IMG/VR virus record: IMGVR_UViG_3300044736_000016
Location: 45,769 to 109,768 of that record
Direction: 5' to 3' (one strand)
Length of the DNA: 64,000 bases
From: a virus
Part shown: in pieces, positions 1 to 9,868 of the stretch
Layout of the letters: every line of letters begins with the position of its first letter
Numbering within the stretch: the stretch's first letter is position 1
Translations under genes and position numbers: made by a program
Notes under the pieces: generated by a model
Databases searched by the model: none
Told to the model about the DNA's origin: nothing
What the model saw: the letters and a program-made list of their open reading frames with translations, nothing else

Positions 1-3
1 GAG

Positions 4-1692
4 GTGTGGCGGGAGATGGGGCATGACGCCACCTTGGCGATGTGCCTCCACGCCACCATCAACCCGCTGCGCAGCGCCGACTGGTTCATGGAGCCCGCGA
101 GCGAAGACCCTGTCCACGTCGAGCAAGCTGACCTCGCACACTGGTGCCTGTGGGAGTTCGGCACCATGTCATACGACGACCTGTTGCGCCAGCAGATGCG
201 TGCCATGAAGCAGTACGGGATTGGATGCTCAGAGCTCTGCTATCGACCGATTCCCTCCGGTGAGTTCGCAGGCAAGTGGGGATGGGAGAAGTTGGCGTGG
301 CGTTCACCGCTGTCCCTCTACCGCTTCAACGTCGAGTCGGTGCAGACGGAATACGGTGGCACGCGTCGCGAACTCGTCGAGGTGGTGCAGCGTGATCCTG
401 CCAGCGGTGGGCTGTTCTACCTTCCCAAGGACAAGGTACTGCTGTTCATCAACGACCTCGAAGGTGAAAACTTCCTCGGCAATTCAAGCTTTCGCCAGTG
501 CTACGAGGCATGGCGGTACAAGCGTGCCATCGCGCGCCTGGAGGCCATCGCCCTAGAACGCTGCGGGATGGGACGCATGAAGGCCACGCTTCCGCAGGAC
601 TACTCCGACGAGGAGCGCAAGATGGCGCGGCAGATCGTTGAGAACGACCGCATCCACGAGAACGCCGGCATCGTCACCACCGAGGCGGTGCCGGTCGAGG
701 TCATCCACAACTCAATCGAGGGGGCGGCATTCCGGGCGGCGTGGGAGGCGTACGACGCGGCGCTGTGCTTCCCGTTCCTCACGCAGTACCTGCTGCTCGG
801 GCAGCGGGGCAACAGCGGGGCGTACTCGCTCAGCCAAGATCACTCGCAGATTCAGCTCACGCAGCTCAACGGTGATGCGAACCAGTTCGAGCAGGTGCTG
901 AATCTCAGTCCGGGCATCCCGCTGCTCATCGCCATCAACTACGCGAACGCCGACCCGAGCAAGATGCCGAAGTTGCAGCACGGAGACATCGGCCGCAAGG
1001 ACATGGAGCTGATGGGCAAGACCCTTCTCGCGCTGTCGCAGGGTGGGTGGGTCATGCCGACAGCGCAGGACGAGGACACGCTGCGCAAGTTCGTCGACCT
1101 CCCGGAGCGCGATCCGCTGCTCGGCCCCGAGGCGTTGGTGCCGCTCATCCAGCAGGTGCTGCCGCCGACGTGGTGGGGCACGCCGCACCAGGCTGGACAG
1201 GCGGTCAACCCTGCGGCCAAGGCTCTGGTCGGCTCTGGGACGCCCGTGTCGAGTGTTCAGCAGGCGACCGATGCGAAGGGGCAGTTTTCCGAGCGTGAGT
1301 GGGCCGTCATGGCTGAGCGATCGGTGAGGGCACGGATGCCGTGGCGCCGCCCTGCGGTCAAGGGTGGACGCGTCACCGCCGAGGACGCTGTGAGGGTGCG
1401 GATGGGGGAGTATCTGTTGGACTACTTCGAGCAGGCCGACCGACCACGTATGCAGAAGCCCGACTCGCCATCGGTGCGCATTGCCAAGCGGCGCAGGCCG
1501 TACCAAGTAGCGCGTATGGCACAGGATGCGGCCAAAGTGGTGGAGATCAACGCACGAGCCAAGGCGGGCGGCGGGAGTGCGAACGGCAAGCGCAAGGTGG
1601 TCGTGAGCCCAGCGGACATCGTAGCGAGGCAGGGGCGTAGGTCGGTGCAGGACGTGCTTGCGGGCCTCGGCGCGAACGGGAGCGGGAAGTGA
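4..1692 (+). CDS. Portal protein (Mu gp29/DUF935-like), 5' truncated, with basic C-terminal extension
   Basis: YG..ELCY, G.S.FR..Y..W.YK, ALERCG, GSYALS-like (SGAYSLSQDH) and EDTLRKFVDLP motifs typical of this portal family. Confidence 0.85.
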   Translation: MWREMGHDATLAMCLHATINPLRSADWFMEPASEDPVHVEQADLAHWCLWEFGTMSYDDLLRQQMRAMKQYGIGCSELCYRPIPSGEFAGKWGWEKLAWRSPLSLYRFNVESVQTEYGGTRRELVEVVQRDPASGGLFYLPKDKVLLFINDLEGENFLGNSSFRQCYEAWRYKRAIARLEAIALERCGMGRMKATLPQDYSDEERKMARQIVENDRIHENAGIVTTEAVPVEVIHNSIEGAAFRAAWEAYDAALCFPFLTQYLLLGQRGNSGAYSLSQDHSQIQLTQLNGDANQFEQVLNLSPGIPLLIAINYANADPSKMPKLQHGDIGRKDMELMGKTLLALSQGGWVMPTAQDEDTLRKFVDLPERDPLLGPEALVPLIQQVLPPTWWGTPHQAGQAVNPAAKALVGSGTPVSSVQQATDAKGQFSEREWAVMAERSVRARMPWRRPAVKGGRVTAEDAVRVRMGEYLLDYFEQADRPRMQKPDSPSVRIAKRRRPYQVARMAQDAAKVVEINARAKAGGGSANGKRKVVVSPADIVARQGRRSVQDVLAGLGANGSGK

Positions 1693-1991
1693 TGGATGTG
1701 TCGATGTCGTGTAGCGGAGTGGGTGCCATGCAAGTGGCGGATATCCACGCCGAGATGGTCGTTCGCTATGCGAAGGCGCGACGTGCTTACCGCGAGCCGC
1801 GAATCTCCGAGGCATGCGCCACGGTGGGCTTGTCAGAGCGCGAGTACTGCGAGCGGTACGTGGCACAGATGGGTGCTATCTACATGACGTGCAGCACCAC
1901 CAACCCTGCGGTCGTACGCGACGCCTTCATCGATGCTGGGCTGGTGCTCGCGCAGGAGGGACAGTGGGTAGATGAAGTGCGAGGAACGTGA
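1689..1991 (+). CDS. Hypothetical protein
   Basis: GTGA overlap with portal stop; continues operon. Confidence 0.5.
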   Translation: MMDVSMSCSGVGAMQVADIHAEMVVRYAKARRAYREPRISEACATVGLSEREYCERYVAQMGAIYMTCSTTNPAVVRDAFIDAGLVLAQEGQWVDEVRGT

Positions 1992-2191
1992 GCGTAATGC
2001 GGTGGGCTTGGGTCTGCCGGCTAGTCGGCCACGGCTGGCGTGCTGATGCACATGTGCGAGTACCCGGTGACCTCCACGCCGATGCGAGTGGGTTACGCAT
2101 AGCGAGTTACCGATGCGTACGTTGCTGGAAGCGCTGGCCTGTCCCGTACTATGGCGATTACCGACCGCCGAGCCGGTATGCACATGGCTGA
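1988..2191 (+). CDS. Small Cys/His protein (C-R-L-V-G-H...CxxC)
   Basis: Coupled overlap; CRLVGH + CVRC putative Zn motif. Confidence 0.5.
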   Translation: MSVMRWAWVCRLVGHGWRADAHVRVPGDLHADASGLRIASYRCVRCWKRWPVPYYGDYRPPSRYAHG

Positions 2192-2414
2192 GTATCCCGC
2201 GTTTCGCAGGTTCATGTTGCGTCGGCATGAGGATGTCACTGGGCTGAGCGGTACCGGGGACGTCGCATGGGGATGTGTTTTCCCGGACGGCAAGGCTGTG
2301 GTGCGCTGGCGGTCTGAGCACGGCTCTACGGTCGTGTGGGATCGCGAAGAGAGTATCGAGGCTATCCACGGTCATGTCGGGAAGACCGAGACCGTATGGC
2401 TGGATGAGGAGTAG
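2151..2414 (+). CDS. Conserved phage hypothetical protein (start probably ~2184)
   Basis: RRF.L.R.EDVTG.SGTG.VA.G..F.DG....RW motif recalled from actinophage proteins. Confidence 0.65.
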   Translation: MAITDRRAGMHMAEYPAFRRFMLRRHEDVTGLSGTGDVAWGCVFPDGKAVVRWRSEHGSTVVWDREESIEAIHGHVGKTETVWLDEE

Positions 2415-2467
2415 GGGATGCGCAAGCACAGTCCGTTCAACTGCACGCGGATCGGGGCGCACGCCGA

Positions 2468-2914
2468 GTGTACCAAGCAAGCGAAGACGCAGAAGGCGAC
2501 AAGGATCACACGCTTGCGAATCGAGAGCGCATCCCGTCGTCGGAACCGAAGGCGGCGCTAGTGTCCGGCGACCATCTTGCAGACCGTCTTGTTGCGCTGA
2601 TCGGCTCGTGGCCGTTCCTGCTCGCACAGGCTGTGGTGCTCATCCTATGGGTAGCTGTCAACGCGAGCGGGTATGCCCACAGTTGGGACAATCCGCCGTT
2701 CGTGCTGCTGAACCTGTGTCTCAGTGTGGAGGCCGCCTTCGCTGCTCCGCTCATCCTCGTCGCTGAGAGACGGTCTACGCAGGCGTTGCAACTCAAGCTG
2801 GACGAGATCATCAGGGCCATCCCGAGCGCGCGGGATGAGATCATCGCTGCGGAGAAGTTACCAGCCAAGGAGATCGACCGGTTGCGTGAGGAGGCTTGCG
2901 ACGTCGATGGCTGA
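2468..2914 (+). CDS. DUF1003-like membrane protein
   Basis: LADR...IGSWPF...W...N...D..PFVLLNL.LS..AA..APLIL; two TM segments. Confidence 0.8.
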   Translation: MYQASEDAEGDKDHTLANRERIPSSEPKAALVSGDHLADRLVALIGSWPFLLAQAVVLILWVAVNASGYAHSWDNPPFVLLNLCLSVEAAFAAPLILVAERRSTQALQLKLDEIIRAIPSARDEIIAAEKLPAKEIDRLREEACDVDG

Positions 2915-3100
2915 CGTGATCTGTCCACGCTGCGGTTGGCCTACGGCAGAAGAATGGATGTGGCACGATGTCTGTATCGCTTGCGCTAGCGATACTGGAG
3001 TAATCGGACCGGATCTCCGTGAGCACGGCAACGTTGAGATCGCCAAGGCGCTCAAGGTTGGTGACTTGGACCGCGTAGCCCGAATCCGTCGATCGCAGGC

Positions 3101-4345
3101 ATGCTGATGGACCGTCTCGAACTCGCACACCCCAGCGACACCCGGCAGGCCGCGCTCGACGCTCTGCCCGTCCATGGCTCGCTGCGCAAGACGGCGGCGG
3201 CGCTGGCTGGGCCTGACGGCAAGGGTCCGAGTAAAAGCAGCGTGCACCGATGGAAGCAACGTGCATCGGCAACCACAGACACTCCTGCACCGCCTGACAC
3301 GTCCGACCTACCCGAACCTGACACCACGCAGAGTGCCGCGGACGATCCCGTCGTGCAGGCTGAGGCCGAGTACATCGACCCGGCTGGCGCCGCACCGGAG
3401 CCCGGCCCAACCTTCGCTGACCGTCTGACCGACCCGACCTTCCTCCGCGCCTTACACCGTTACCTCGATCTCTGCGCCACAGGTACACGCCCGGACATCG
3501 CATGGGAAGGCGCGAAGGTGATCGACCCGTTCTTCTCGCTCTCCGACAGCGAGGATGCGGACCTACGGGCAGCAGTAGAGCGGTTCACAGGAGCGGAGAC
3601 AGAGCGTGCCATCTTCGCGCTGTCCGAGCCGCTGTTCGTCAGCCAGACCGCCAGCGCGTTTCACTTCGACCCTGCGTCCACCAACGACCTCCTTGACGCA
3701 CTGACCGCGGTGCGCACGGACGGGTATATGGCAGGCATCAACGCTGGCCTCACCGCGCATGGTCGTGATCCGCTCACGGATGTCACGGATGCTCGAACGC
3801 TGAGGTCGATCCAACTTGACGCGGCGGACGTCGTAAACAGCGTCACGAAGCAGTGGAACTCCGATGCCAGCGCCGCTGCGTGGAAGCAGTGGTCGGCGAT
3901 CAAGGATGACCCGTCGCTCACCACCGAAGCAGACCGGAAGGCAGCGCTAGAGGCTGGCATGTCGGACTGGCGAGACGGGCGGTCGCAGTGGAAGGCTGAC
4001 CAGTGGACGGGAGACAACGCGGCGGCAGGGTTGTTCGACGGGGCGAAGGACTTTCAAGACCAGAACCAGACAGGTACGGTCGGGTGGATCGAGCCACGCG
4101 AAGGTGTCTGCTCTGCATGCCAAGACGCGATCGACCTTGGCGACGAACAGAGCCCTGTGGATGCCGACACACTCTACGCACTCGACTGGCCACTCCATCA
4201 GTCGTGCGAGCACGGACCCGTCACGGTGCAGATCGATGTCCCACCTGATCAGGCGCTGTGGGGCGAAAACCTCGGCCCGACCGATGGCGGTGGAGACGCA
4301 GCACCAGCCGACGCATCGTCCAGTGGCGACGAGGCGGCGGCATGA
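3101..4345 (+). CDS. Head morphogenesis/minor capsid protein (Mu gpF-like) with N-terminal HTH
   Basis: C-terminal W...CxxC...PLHxxCxH motif; N-terminal SLRKTAAAL...SKSSVHRW HTH; follows portal. Confidence 0.65.
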   Translation: MLMDRLELAHPSDTRQAALDALPVHGSLRKTAAALAGPDGKGPSKSSVHRWKQRASATTDTPAPPDTSDLPEPDTTQSAADDPVVQAEAEYIDPAGAAPEPGPTFADRLTDPTFLRALHRYLDLCATGTRPDIAWEGAKVIDPFFSLSDSEDADLRAAVERFTGAETERAIFALSEPLFVSQTASAFHFDPASTNDLLDALTAVRTDGYMAGINAGLTAHGRDPLTDVTDARTLRSIQLDAADVVNSVTKQWNSDASAAAWKQWSAIKDDPSLTTEADRKAALEAGMSDWRDGRSQWKADQWTGDNAAAGLFDGAKDFQDQNQTGTVGWIEPREGVCSACQDAIDLGDEQSPVDADTLYALDWPLHQSCEHGPVTVQIDVPPDQALWGENLGPTDGGGDAAPADASSSGDEAAA

Positions 4346-4352
4346 GCGCGAC

Positions 4353-5441
4353 GTGAGGGTTCGCTACTACCCCGCCTCCCGCTATGACGGCTGCGCCATG
4401 TACCGTCTCGTCTTCCCTGCGACCGTCCTTGCAGCGCAGGGGCTGGACGTGGCCGAGGGGCGGCGCGAGGACATACAGGCCGTGTGGCGCCGCACTCAGG
4501 ATGGGCCGCGGGTGGCGTGGGCCGAACCGCTCGACTGCGACGTGGCTGTCTTCCAGCGGGTGTGCAGGCGTGACATCGTGGACTGCATCCCGTCTTGGCA
4601 GCGGCAGGGCACGGCGGTGGTGATGGACGTGGACGATCTGCTCTCGGCGGTCGACCCCGGCAACCCGGCGTTTGCGGCCTACCACCCGTCCAACCCAGCA
4701 GAGAACTGGCACCACCTTGAGCGGGCGTGCAGGATGGCGGACATGGTCACGGTGAGCACGCCAGCTTTGGCTGAGCGGTACGGGAGGCATGGGCGGGTCA
4801 GGGTGCTGCGAAACTGCGTGCCAGAGTGGTATCTTCGTGTGGCGGGGGCATGTCCGATGGACGGAGGGTCGCAACCTCAAGTCGTCGCGACCGCTGCTCC
4901 CGTACTTGGCTGGGCTGGACGGGTCGATGTCCACGCTGCCGACCTTGCCGTGGTTGGGACGGCCGTCGCTCAGGCACTACGGCAGACCAGCGCAACCTTC
5001 CGCGCTGTGGGGGATGAGGCCACCCTGACGGCGCTCGGGGTGCAGGGCGAGGTGGTGCCCTTCATGCCGTTCGAGGAGTACCCTGCGGAGGTGGCACGGT
5101 TGGACGTCGGGATCGCACCGCTGGCGTATACGGCGTTCAACCGCGGGAAGTCTGCCCTCAAGCCGCTCGAGATGGCCGCGCTGGGGGTGTCGTTCGTCGC
5201 CTCACCGCTGCCCGAGTACGCACGCCTGGCCGAGCTCGGTGCTGGCGACCTAGCATCCAGACCACGGCAGTGGCTCGCTGCTCTGCGCCGCCTGTTGACT
5301 GACGATGAGTACCGCGCTGAGCGTGTCGGTAGGGGGCGTGAGGTGGCCGCAGGGCTGACGTATGATGCGCACGCGGGTGGTTGGGCGGCAGTGTGGGGCG
5401 AGGCGCTGAGGGTGCGTCGGGGGGCGGCGTTGTGCCGGTGA
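4353..5441 (+). CDS. Glycosyltransferase, GT-B (GT4-like)
   Basis: VFQR, DVDD, VSTPALA, LDVGIAPL...FNRGKS.LK.LE.AA.G motifs; GTG start at 4353. Confidence 0.88.
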   Translation: MRVRYYPASRYDGCAMYRLVFPATVLAAQGLDVAEGRREDIQAVWRRTQDGPRVAWAEPLDCDVAVFQRVCRRDIVDCIPSWQRQGTAVVMDVDDLLSAVDPGNPAFAAYHPSNPAENWHHLERACRMADMVTVSTPALAERYGRHGRVRVLRNCVPEWYLRVAGACPMDGGSQPQVVATAAPVLGWAGRVDVHAADLAVVGTAVAQALRQTSATFRAVGDEATLTALGVQGEVVPFMPFEEYPAEVARLDVGIAPLAYTAFNRGKSALKPLEMAALGVSFVASPLPEYARLAELGAGDLASRPRQWLAALRRLLTDDEYRAERVGRGREVAAGLTYDAHAGGWAAVWGEALRVRRGAALCR

Positions 5442-6157
5442 CAAGGCTTGCGCACTACTATCACGCCTATCTCGCTCAAGGCTGGCGCTCCATCGTCACT
5501 GAGCATCTCGACGCCCTCACCCGCAGCGGCCTCGCCGAGCGCCTCGGCATCCTCCATCTCGGTCTCGTTGGAACCCCATCAGCGCGAGCAGCGTGTGCCC
5601 GGCTCTGTCAGGAGCGGATGCCCGTTGAGGTGACTGCCGAAGAAGACGAGGGATGGGAGCAGACGACCCTCACCGCCCTGCACCGTGCCGCAACGCAGTG
5701 GGACGCCGTCCTCTACGCCCACACCAAGGGCGTGTCCAACCCGAGGGACGAGTGGGCTGCGACGTGGCGGCGGTCGATGACGTTGGCACTCGTTGCTGGC
5801 TGGCAGGAGTGCGTGCGTTGCCTCTACACATGTGAGGCGGTGGGGTGTCACTGGCTGACACCGGGCTGGTACGACATCGTCCTCCCTCGCTACCGAGGAC
5901 GCATCGAGGTTCACGCCCCATTCTTTGGTGGCAACTTCTGGTGGGCACAGGCGTCGCTCATCCAGCGTCTCAACCCTCCCCTGAGCAACACTCGCCATGA
6001 TGCTGAGATGTGGATTGGATCTGCCCTGCCCATGCCGGTCCACGACTGCACGCCCGGGTGGCCGAACTGGTCGACGTGGCGCCTCCCTGGTGGAGTTGGT
6101 AACGAACCGGTGAGGGTTCACCTCGGCAGCGAACCTAGCCCCGTCCCGCCGCCATGA
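5438..6157 (+). CDS. Putative glycosyltransferase-like protein (HTKG / GNFWW family)
   Basis: VLYAHTKG, WRRSM, GGNFWW, RHDAEMWIG motifs; embedded in GT cluster. Confidence 0.55.
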   Translation: MTRLAHYYHAYLAQGWRSIVTEHLDALTRSGLAERLGILHLGLVGTPSARAACARLCQERMPVEVTAEEDEGWEQTTLTALHRAATQWDAVLYAHTKGVSNPRDEWAATWRRSMTLALVAGWQECVRCLYTCEAVGCHWLTPGWYDIVLPRYRGRIEVHAPFFGGNFWWAQASLIQRLNPPLSNTRHDAEMWIGSALPMPVHDCTPGWPNWSTWRLPGGVGNEPVRVHLGSEPSPVPPP

Positions 6158-6843
6158 TCGTCTGCGCGACCACCCTTACGCATTTCGCCATGGGTCACCC
6201 AGATATCTGGGGAGCGTGGCTGTACAACGCCGAGGCGATGCAGGCCAGTCACCCTGACGTGCGGTTCTTCTGCGCCATCGAAACGGACGCTCGCGGGCTG
6301 GCGCCGTTCGCCCCGCTGATGTCGCGCCTAGATGATGTCGGTGGGGAGTGGTGGACGTACCACCTTGACGACGGACGCAGCAAGGTGACCACGGAGAACC
6401 GCGGTCGCCATCTGGTATGCGGCCAGAACCTCGCCACCGACTACGCAACGTCCATCGGAGCGACGCACGTCGTGTTCCTCGCTGCAGACTGTGAGCCGCC
6501 ACCTGACACCATCCCCAAGCTGCTGGAGGTGAACTGGCCCATCGTCGGTGGTCACGTGCCGGGGTACTGCCTCGACGGCCCCGACGTGGTCGGCTATGAC
6601 TTCCCGGTGAAGCGCCACATGGCGACCGCGGCGTTTGTCATGCTGCAACGGTCTATCTTCCGCTCGATCCGCTGGCGCTGGGATATCGACCTTGGCCTCA
6701 CGGATGACCCATGCCTCTACTGGGATGCCAAACGACTGTACGGAGTGGACACCTACGTCCGTCATGATGTCGTGGGGCGACACTACCCCGAGGCGCTATG
6801 TGGCATCGAGGAGCGCGGGTACGACCTGAGCGTGGCGCAGTGA
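6154..6843 (+). CDS. Glycosyltransferase, GT-A (GT2-like)
   Basis: GQN.A...THVVFLAADC...IPKLL...VGG; TDD..L; D.V..H pattern. Confidence 0.65.
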   Translation: MIVCATTLTHFAMGHPDIWGAWLYNAEAMQASHPDVRFFCAIETDARGLAPFAPLMSRLDDVGGEWWTYHLDDGRSKVTTENRGRHLVCGQNLATDYATSIGATHVVFLAADCEPPPDTIPKLLEVNWPIVGGHVPGYCLDGPDVVGYDFPVKRHMATAAFVMLQRSIFRSIRWRWDIDLGLTDDPCLYWDAKRLYGVDTYVRHDVVGRHYPEALCGIEERGYDLSVAQ

Positions 6844-6938
6844 GACGCATCGACGCGCTGTTTCGAGCGTGGTTCTGGACACTGACCGTCATCACCGCTG
6901 CTGGCGTCGCGCTGGTGGTCTGTGCACTGCTCCAGTAA
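6840..6938 (+). CDS. Small membrane peptide (32 aa)
   Basis: Read manually: GTGA-coupled start, single hydrophobic helix. Confidence 0.4.
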   Translation: MRRIDALFRAWFWTLTVITAAGVALVVCALLQ

Positions 6939-6957
6939 TACTGTTCACTGCTGCGTT

Positions 6958-7470
6958 GTGAGACTCAACGTTGGGTGCGGGGAGTGGCGAGCCGAGGGCT
7001 GGCTGAACATCGACGTGGTGCAGAACGAGCATGTAGCCTCCGACCTCGTGGCGTCGGTCACCGATCTGCCGACGCACGTCACGTGTCTCACCGCGGTGTA
7101 TTGCGGCCATGTCCTCGAACACATCCCGCATGACGCCGTCGTCCCTGCCCTGCGTGTGCTGAGGGAGCGGATGGTGCCGGGGGCGCCCATCATGTGCGTC
7201 GGGCCGGACGTACACCGCGCTGAGGCCATGTTCCGCGCTGGAGAGATCGATGAGCCGACGTGCCGATCCTGCCATGCGGAGACCCGACCGCCGCGGTGGG
7301 CTGGCGACGCCCATCACTGGGACTGCCACGAAGCCGAACTCGTCACGCTGCTCACGGAGGCGGGGTTTGTCGATGTGCATGCCGTGGACGTGGGCAGTCG
7401 CTACCTGCTGACCGAGTGGCCGCTGGTATCCGGCGTCGGCTGGCAGTGTGCCGTGGAGGGGCGACGGTGA
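6958..7470 (+). CDS. Class I SAM-dependent methyltransferase (glycan-associated type)
   Basis: LNVGCG...GWLNID, HVLEH, R...PG motifs. Confidence 0.82.
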   Translation: MRLNVGCGEWRAEGWLNIDVVQNEHVASDLVASVTDLPTHVTCLTAVYCGHVLEHIPHDAVVPALRVLRERMVPGAPIMCVGPDVHRAEAMFRAGEIDEPTCRSCHAETRPPRWAGDAHHWDCHEAELVTLLTEAGFVDVHAVDVGSRYLLTEWPLVSGVGWQCAVEGRR

Positions 7471-7528
7471 GACGTCGCGCGGCTGACCGCAACTCAGACT
7501 ACCACCCCTACCAGCTCTGGTGCTGTCG

Positions 7529-7648
7529 GTGAGCAACGGCTTCCTGCCCATCGGAGGAGACATGCCGCCGCGGCTGTTCTGGGCGGTCCTTGCCGTCATC
7601 GCCGTCGGCGTGGGGACCATGATCGTCTTGGCGATGCTTCACCTGTGA
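7529..7648 (+). CDS. Small membrane peptide (39 aa)
   Basis: Read manually: hydrophobic helix; stop overlaps epimerase start (GTGA). Confidence 0.4.
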   Translation: MSNGFLPIGGDMPPRLFWAVLAVIAVGVGTMIVLAMLHL

Positions 7649-8526
7649 GGGCGCTGGTCACCGGGTCGGAGGGGTTCGTGGGTTCTCACTTCGTCATGCG
7701 CCTCCGAGCAGACGGGTGGGAGGTTTACGAGATCGACGTCGCCTCCCGGACTAGGCCGATCGACGTTCGCGTCCTCAACCAGTGGCAGGAGGGCGGCACG
7801 CATTTCGAACTCGCGATCCACTGCGCCGCCGTGGTCGGTGGTCGCGCGACGATCGACGGCAGCCCGCTGGACGTGGCTGTCAACTTCGAACTCGACGCTG
7901 CATTCGCGCGCTGGTGCCTGCGGGTCCGTCCCGAACACGTCGTGTACTTCTCCAGCAGCGCCGCGTATCCGGTCTGGATGCAGGGCGACATCCGCCACGG
8001 ACCTCTGCGGGAGGACGACATCAGCCTCGACCACCTACAGCAGCCCGATGCCATCTACGGCCTAGCGAAGCTGGTCGGCGAGACGCTGATGCGCCACCTC
8101 GAGCGAGCGGGAGTGCGGACGCATGTGTTCCGGCCGTTCAGCGGCTGGGGCGCAGACCAGAGCATCGCGTATCCGATGCCAAGCCTCCTCGACCGCGCTC
8201 GACGCCGCGAGGATCCGTTCGTGGTCTGGGGGGACGGGCAGCAGGTGCGCGACTGGGTGCATGTGGATGACGTAGTCGGGGCAGTGATGGCTGCGGTCGA
8301 CCAGGACGTCCGAGGCCCGCTCAACATCGGGTCAGGCGTACCGGTCAGCTTCGACGAACTCGCCGCCATGGTCTGCGCCGCCGCCGGCTACAGCCCGACC
8401 ATCCAGCACCTCACCGATGCCCCCACAGGCGTCCGCTACCGGGTGTGTGATCCGACGCGGATGCTGGAGGTCTACCAGCCGAGGACAACGCTGGAGGAGG
8501 GCATCAGGCGGGCGCTGGCGGGGTAG
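7645..8526 (+). CDS. NAD-dependent nucleotide-sugar epimerase/dehydratase (extended SDR)
   Basis: TGSEGFVG, SSSAAY, YGLAK, GDGQQVRDWVHVDD. Confidence 0.93.
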   Translation: MRALVTGSEGFVGSHFVMRLRADGWEVYEIDVASRTRPIDVRVLNQWQEGGTHFELAIHCAAVVGGRATIDGSPLDVAVNFELDAAFARWCLRVRPEHVVYFSSSAAYPVWMQGDIRHGPLREDDISLDHLQQPDAIYGLAKLVGETLMRHLERAGVRTHVFRPFSGWGADQSIAYPMPSLLDRARRREDPFVVWGDGQQVRDWVHVDDVVGAVMAAVDQDVRGPLNIGSGVPVSFDELAAMVCAAAGYSPTIQHLTDAPTGVRYRVCDPTRMLEVYQPRTTLEEGIRRALAG

Positions 8527-8535
8527 AATCGGGCT

Positions 8536-8928
8536 GTGAGGCTACTCATCGCCGGTTCGCGGTATTGGGACGACCCCGTGCCCATCCGGCAGGCGTTGGA
8601 GCGTGCGCGGCCCACGGTCCTCATCCACGGGGCTGCGAGGGGAGCCGACAGCATCGCAGCACGGCTGGCGTACGCTATGGGCATCGAGGTGCTGGCCTTC
8701 CCCGCGGACTGGGACCGCCACGGCCGTGGCGCAGGGCCACTTCGCAACCAGCGCATGCTCGATGATGGACGACCAGAGTGGGCGATCCTGTTCGCTGACT
8801 ACATCGCCACCTCATACGGTACGCGGGACATGCTCAGGCGGGCAGAGCGGTGCCCGGACGTGAAGCGGATCCACACATGCTCGCATGTCATCGGCTGGCG
8901 AACGGTGCGGGAGGCGGTAGCGGCGTGA
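8536..8928 (+). CDS. SLOG superfamily (YspA/DUF2493-like) protein
   Basis: LIAGSR, HGAARGAD, FPADW..HG..AGPLRNQ.M, GT.DM. Confidence 0.85.
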   Translation: MRLLIAGSRYWDDPVPIRQALERARPTVLIHGAARGADSIAARLAYAMGIEVLAFPADWDRHGRGAGPLRNQRMLDDGRPEWAILFADYIATSYGTRDMLRRAERCPDVKRIHTCSHVIGWRTVREAVAA

Positions 8929-9555
8929 ATCAGTACGCGCGTCTGGTCGGGTTGAGTGTTGGCGGCCATCAATGGGAGGTAACGTACGGCGCCAACACTG
9001 TGATGCTAGTGGTCGATGGTGTGACCGAGGCAGCCATGCTGGATCCCGAATCGCTGGACCGTGACGCTGGCTTGACCGCTCTGCGTGTCGAAAACGCCGA
9101 ACTTCGTGCTGCGCTGGACACGCTCGTTCCTAATCGCTGCGAGTGGGATAGCTACCCTTCAGGGCAGGCCCGAGTCTGCGCCCTCTCGTCCACAAAGGAG
9201 GTCACTTGCTGGGATGGCGAGGCCGAGTACCGACTGTGCGACGGACATGCGGAGGTCGCCGGCAAGTAAAGGCAGACGCTTGGTCACAGCACCCGAACGG
9301 TATCGAACTCATACCGCGACCTGAGCCATCGGCAGCCGACATGGACGGCGACTACCTCATGACGTGGCGCAACGAGCACATGCATGCTCGGATCTATGAG
9401 GCGAGAGTGGCTGGCCGTGTGGGGCAGGTAGTCATCCGCGATGTTGAGATCACGACCGCGCAATATCCAAACGACGTCTATCTCGAACGCACAAACAGGC
9501 TGGTCGCGTCGCTAGCCGCCGCAGCGCGAGTCGCCAGTCTGGATACTGGCAGCGG

Positions 9556-9783
9556 CTAGCGTTGCTGCTCCTCTCTGATGGCACGCATGACCCTGTCGAC
9601 CAAGTCCGGTGGCGGCGGTGGTGCCGCGATGCCGGCAAGGAGGCGATCCACCTCTGCTAGCGTGTCCGCGAACTCTACGCAGGCGGCGCAGGTAGCGAGG
9701 TGAGCGCGGACGGCAGTGTGATCAGCCCAGCCCTCCGCTAGGGCCTGTTGGCACTCGTCGTGGGACAGGGTTCCGACCGTCAT
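9556..9783 (-). CDS. Stand-alone ZAS (zf-HC2) anti-sigma-like protein
   Basis: HLATCAAC = HxxxCxxC; upstream Cys; PPPDLVDRVM tail typical of anti-sigma N-domains. Confidence 0.7.
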   Translation of the reverse strand: MTVGTLSHDECQQALAEGWADHTAVRAHLATCAACVEFADTLAEVDRLLAGIAAPPPPPDLVDRVMRAIREEQQR

Positions 9784-9868
9784 GGCTAGTTACTCCGGGG
9801 GCGTGGGTCCGTCACCCATATAGACGCATCGGCGAGGCGAAATGACGGGATGTGCGGCTCAGAGGTGA

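Noticed and set aside
4104-4352. N-terminal 83 aa of the ORF-track glycosyltransferase
   Set aside because: Overlaps the gpF gene; family motifs begin at GTG 4353
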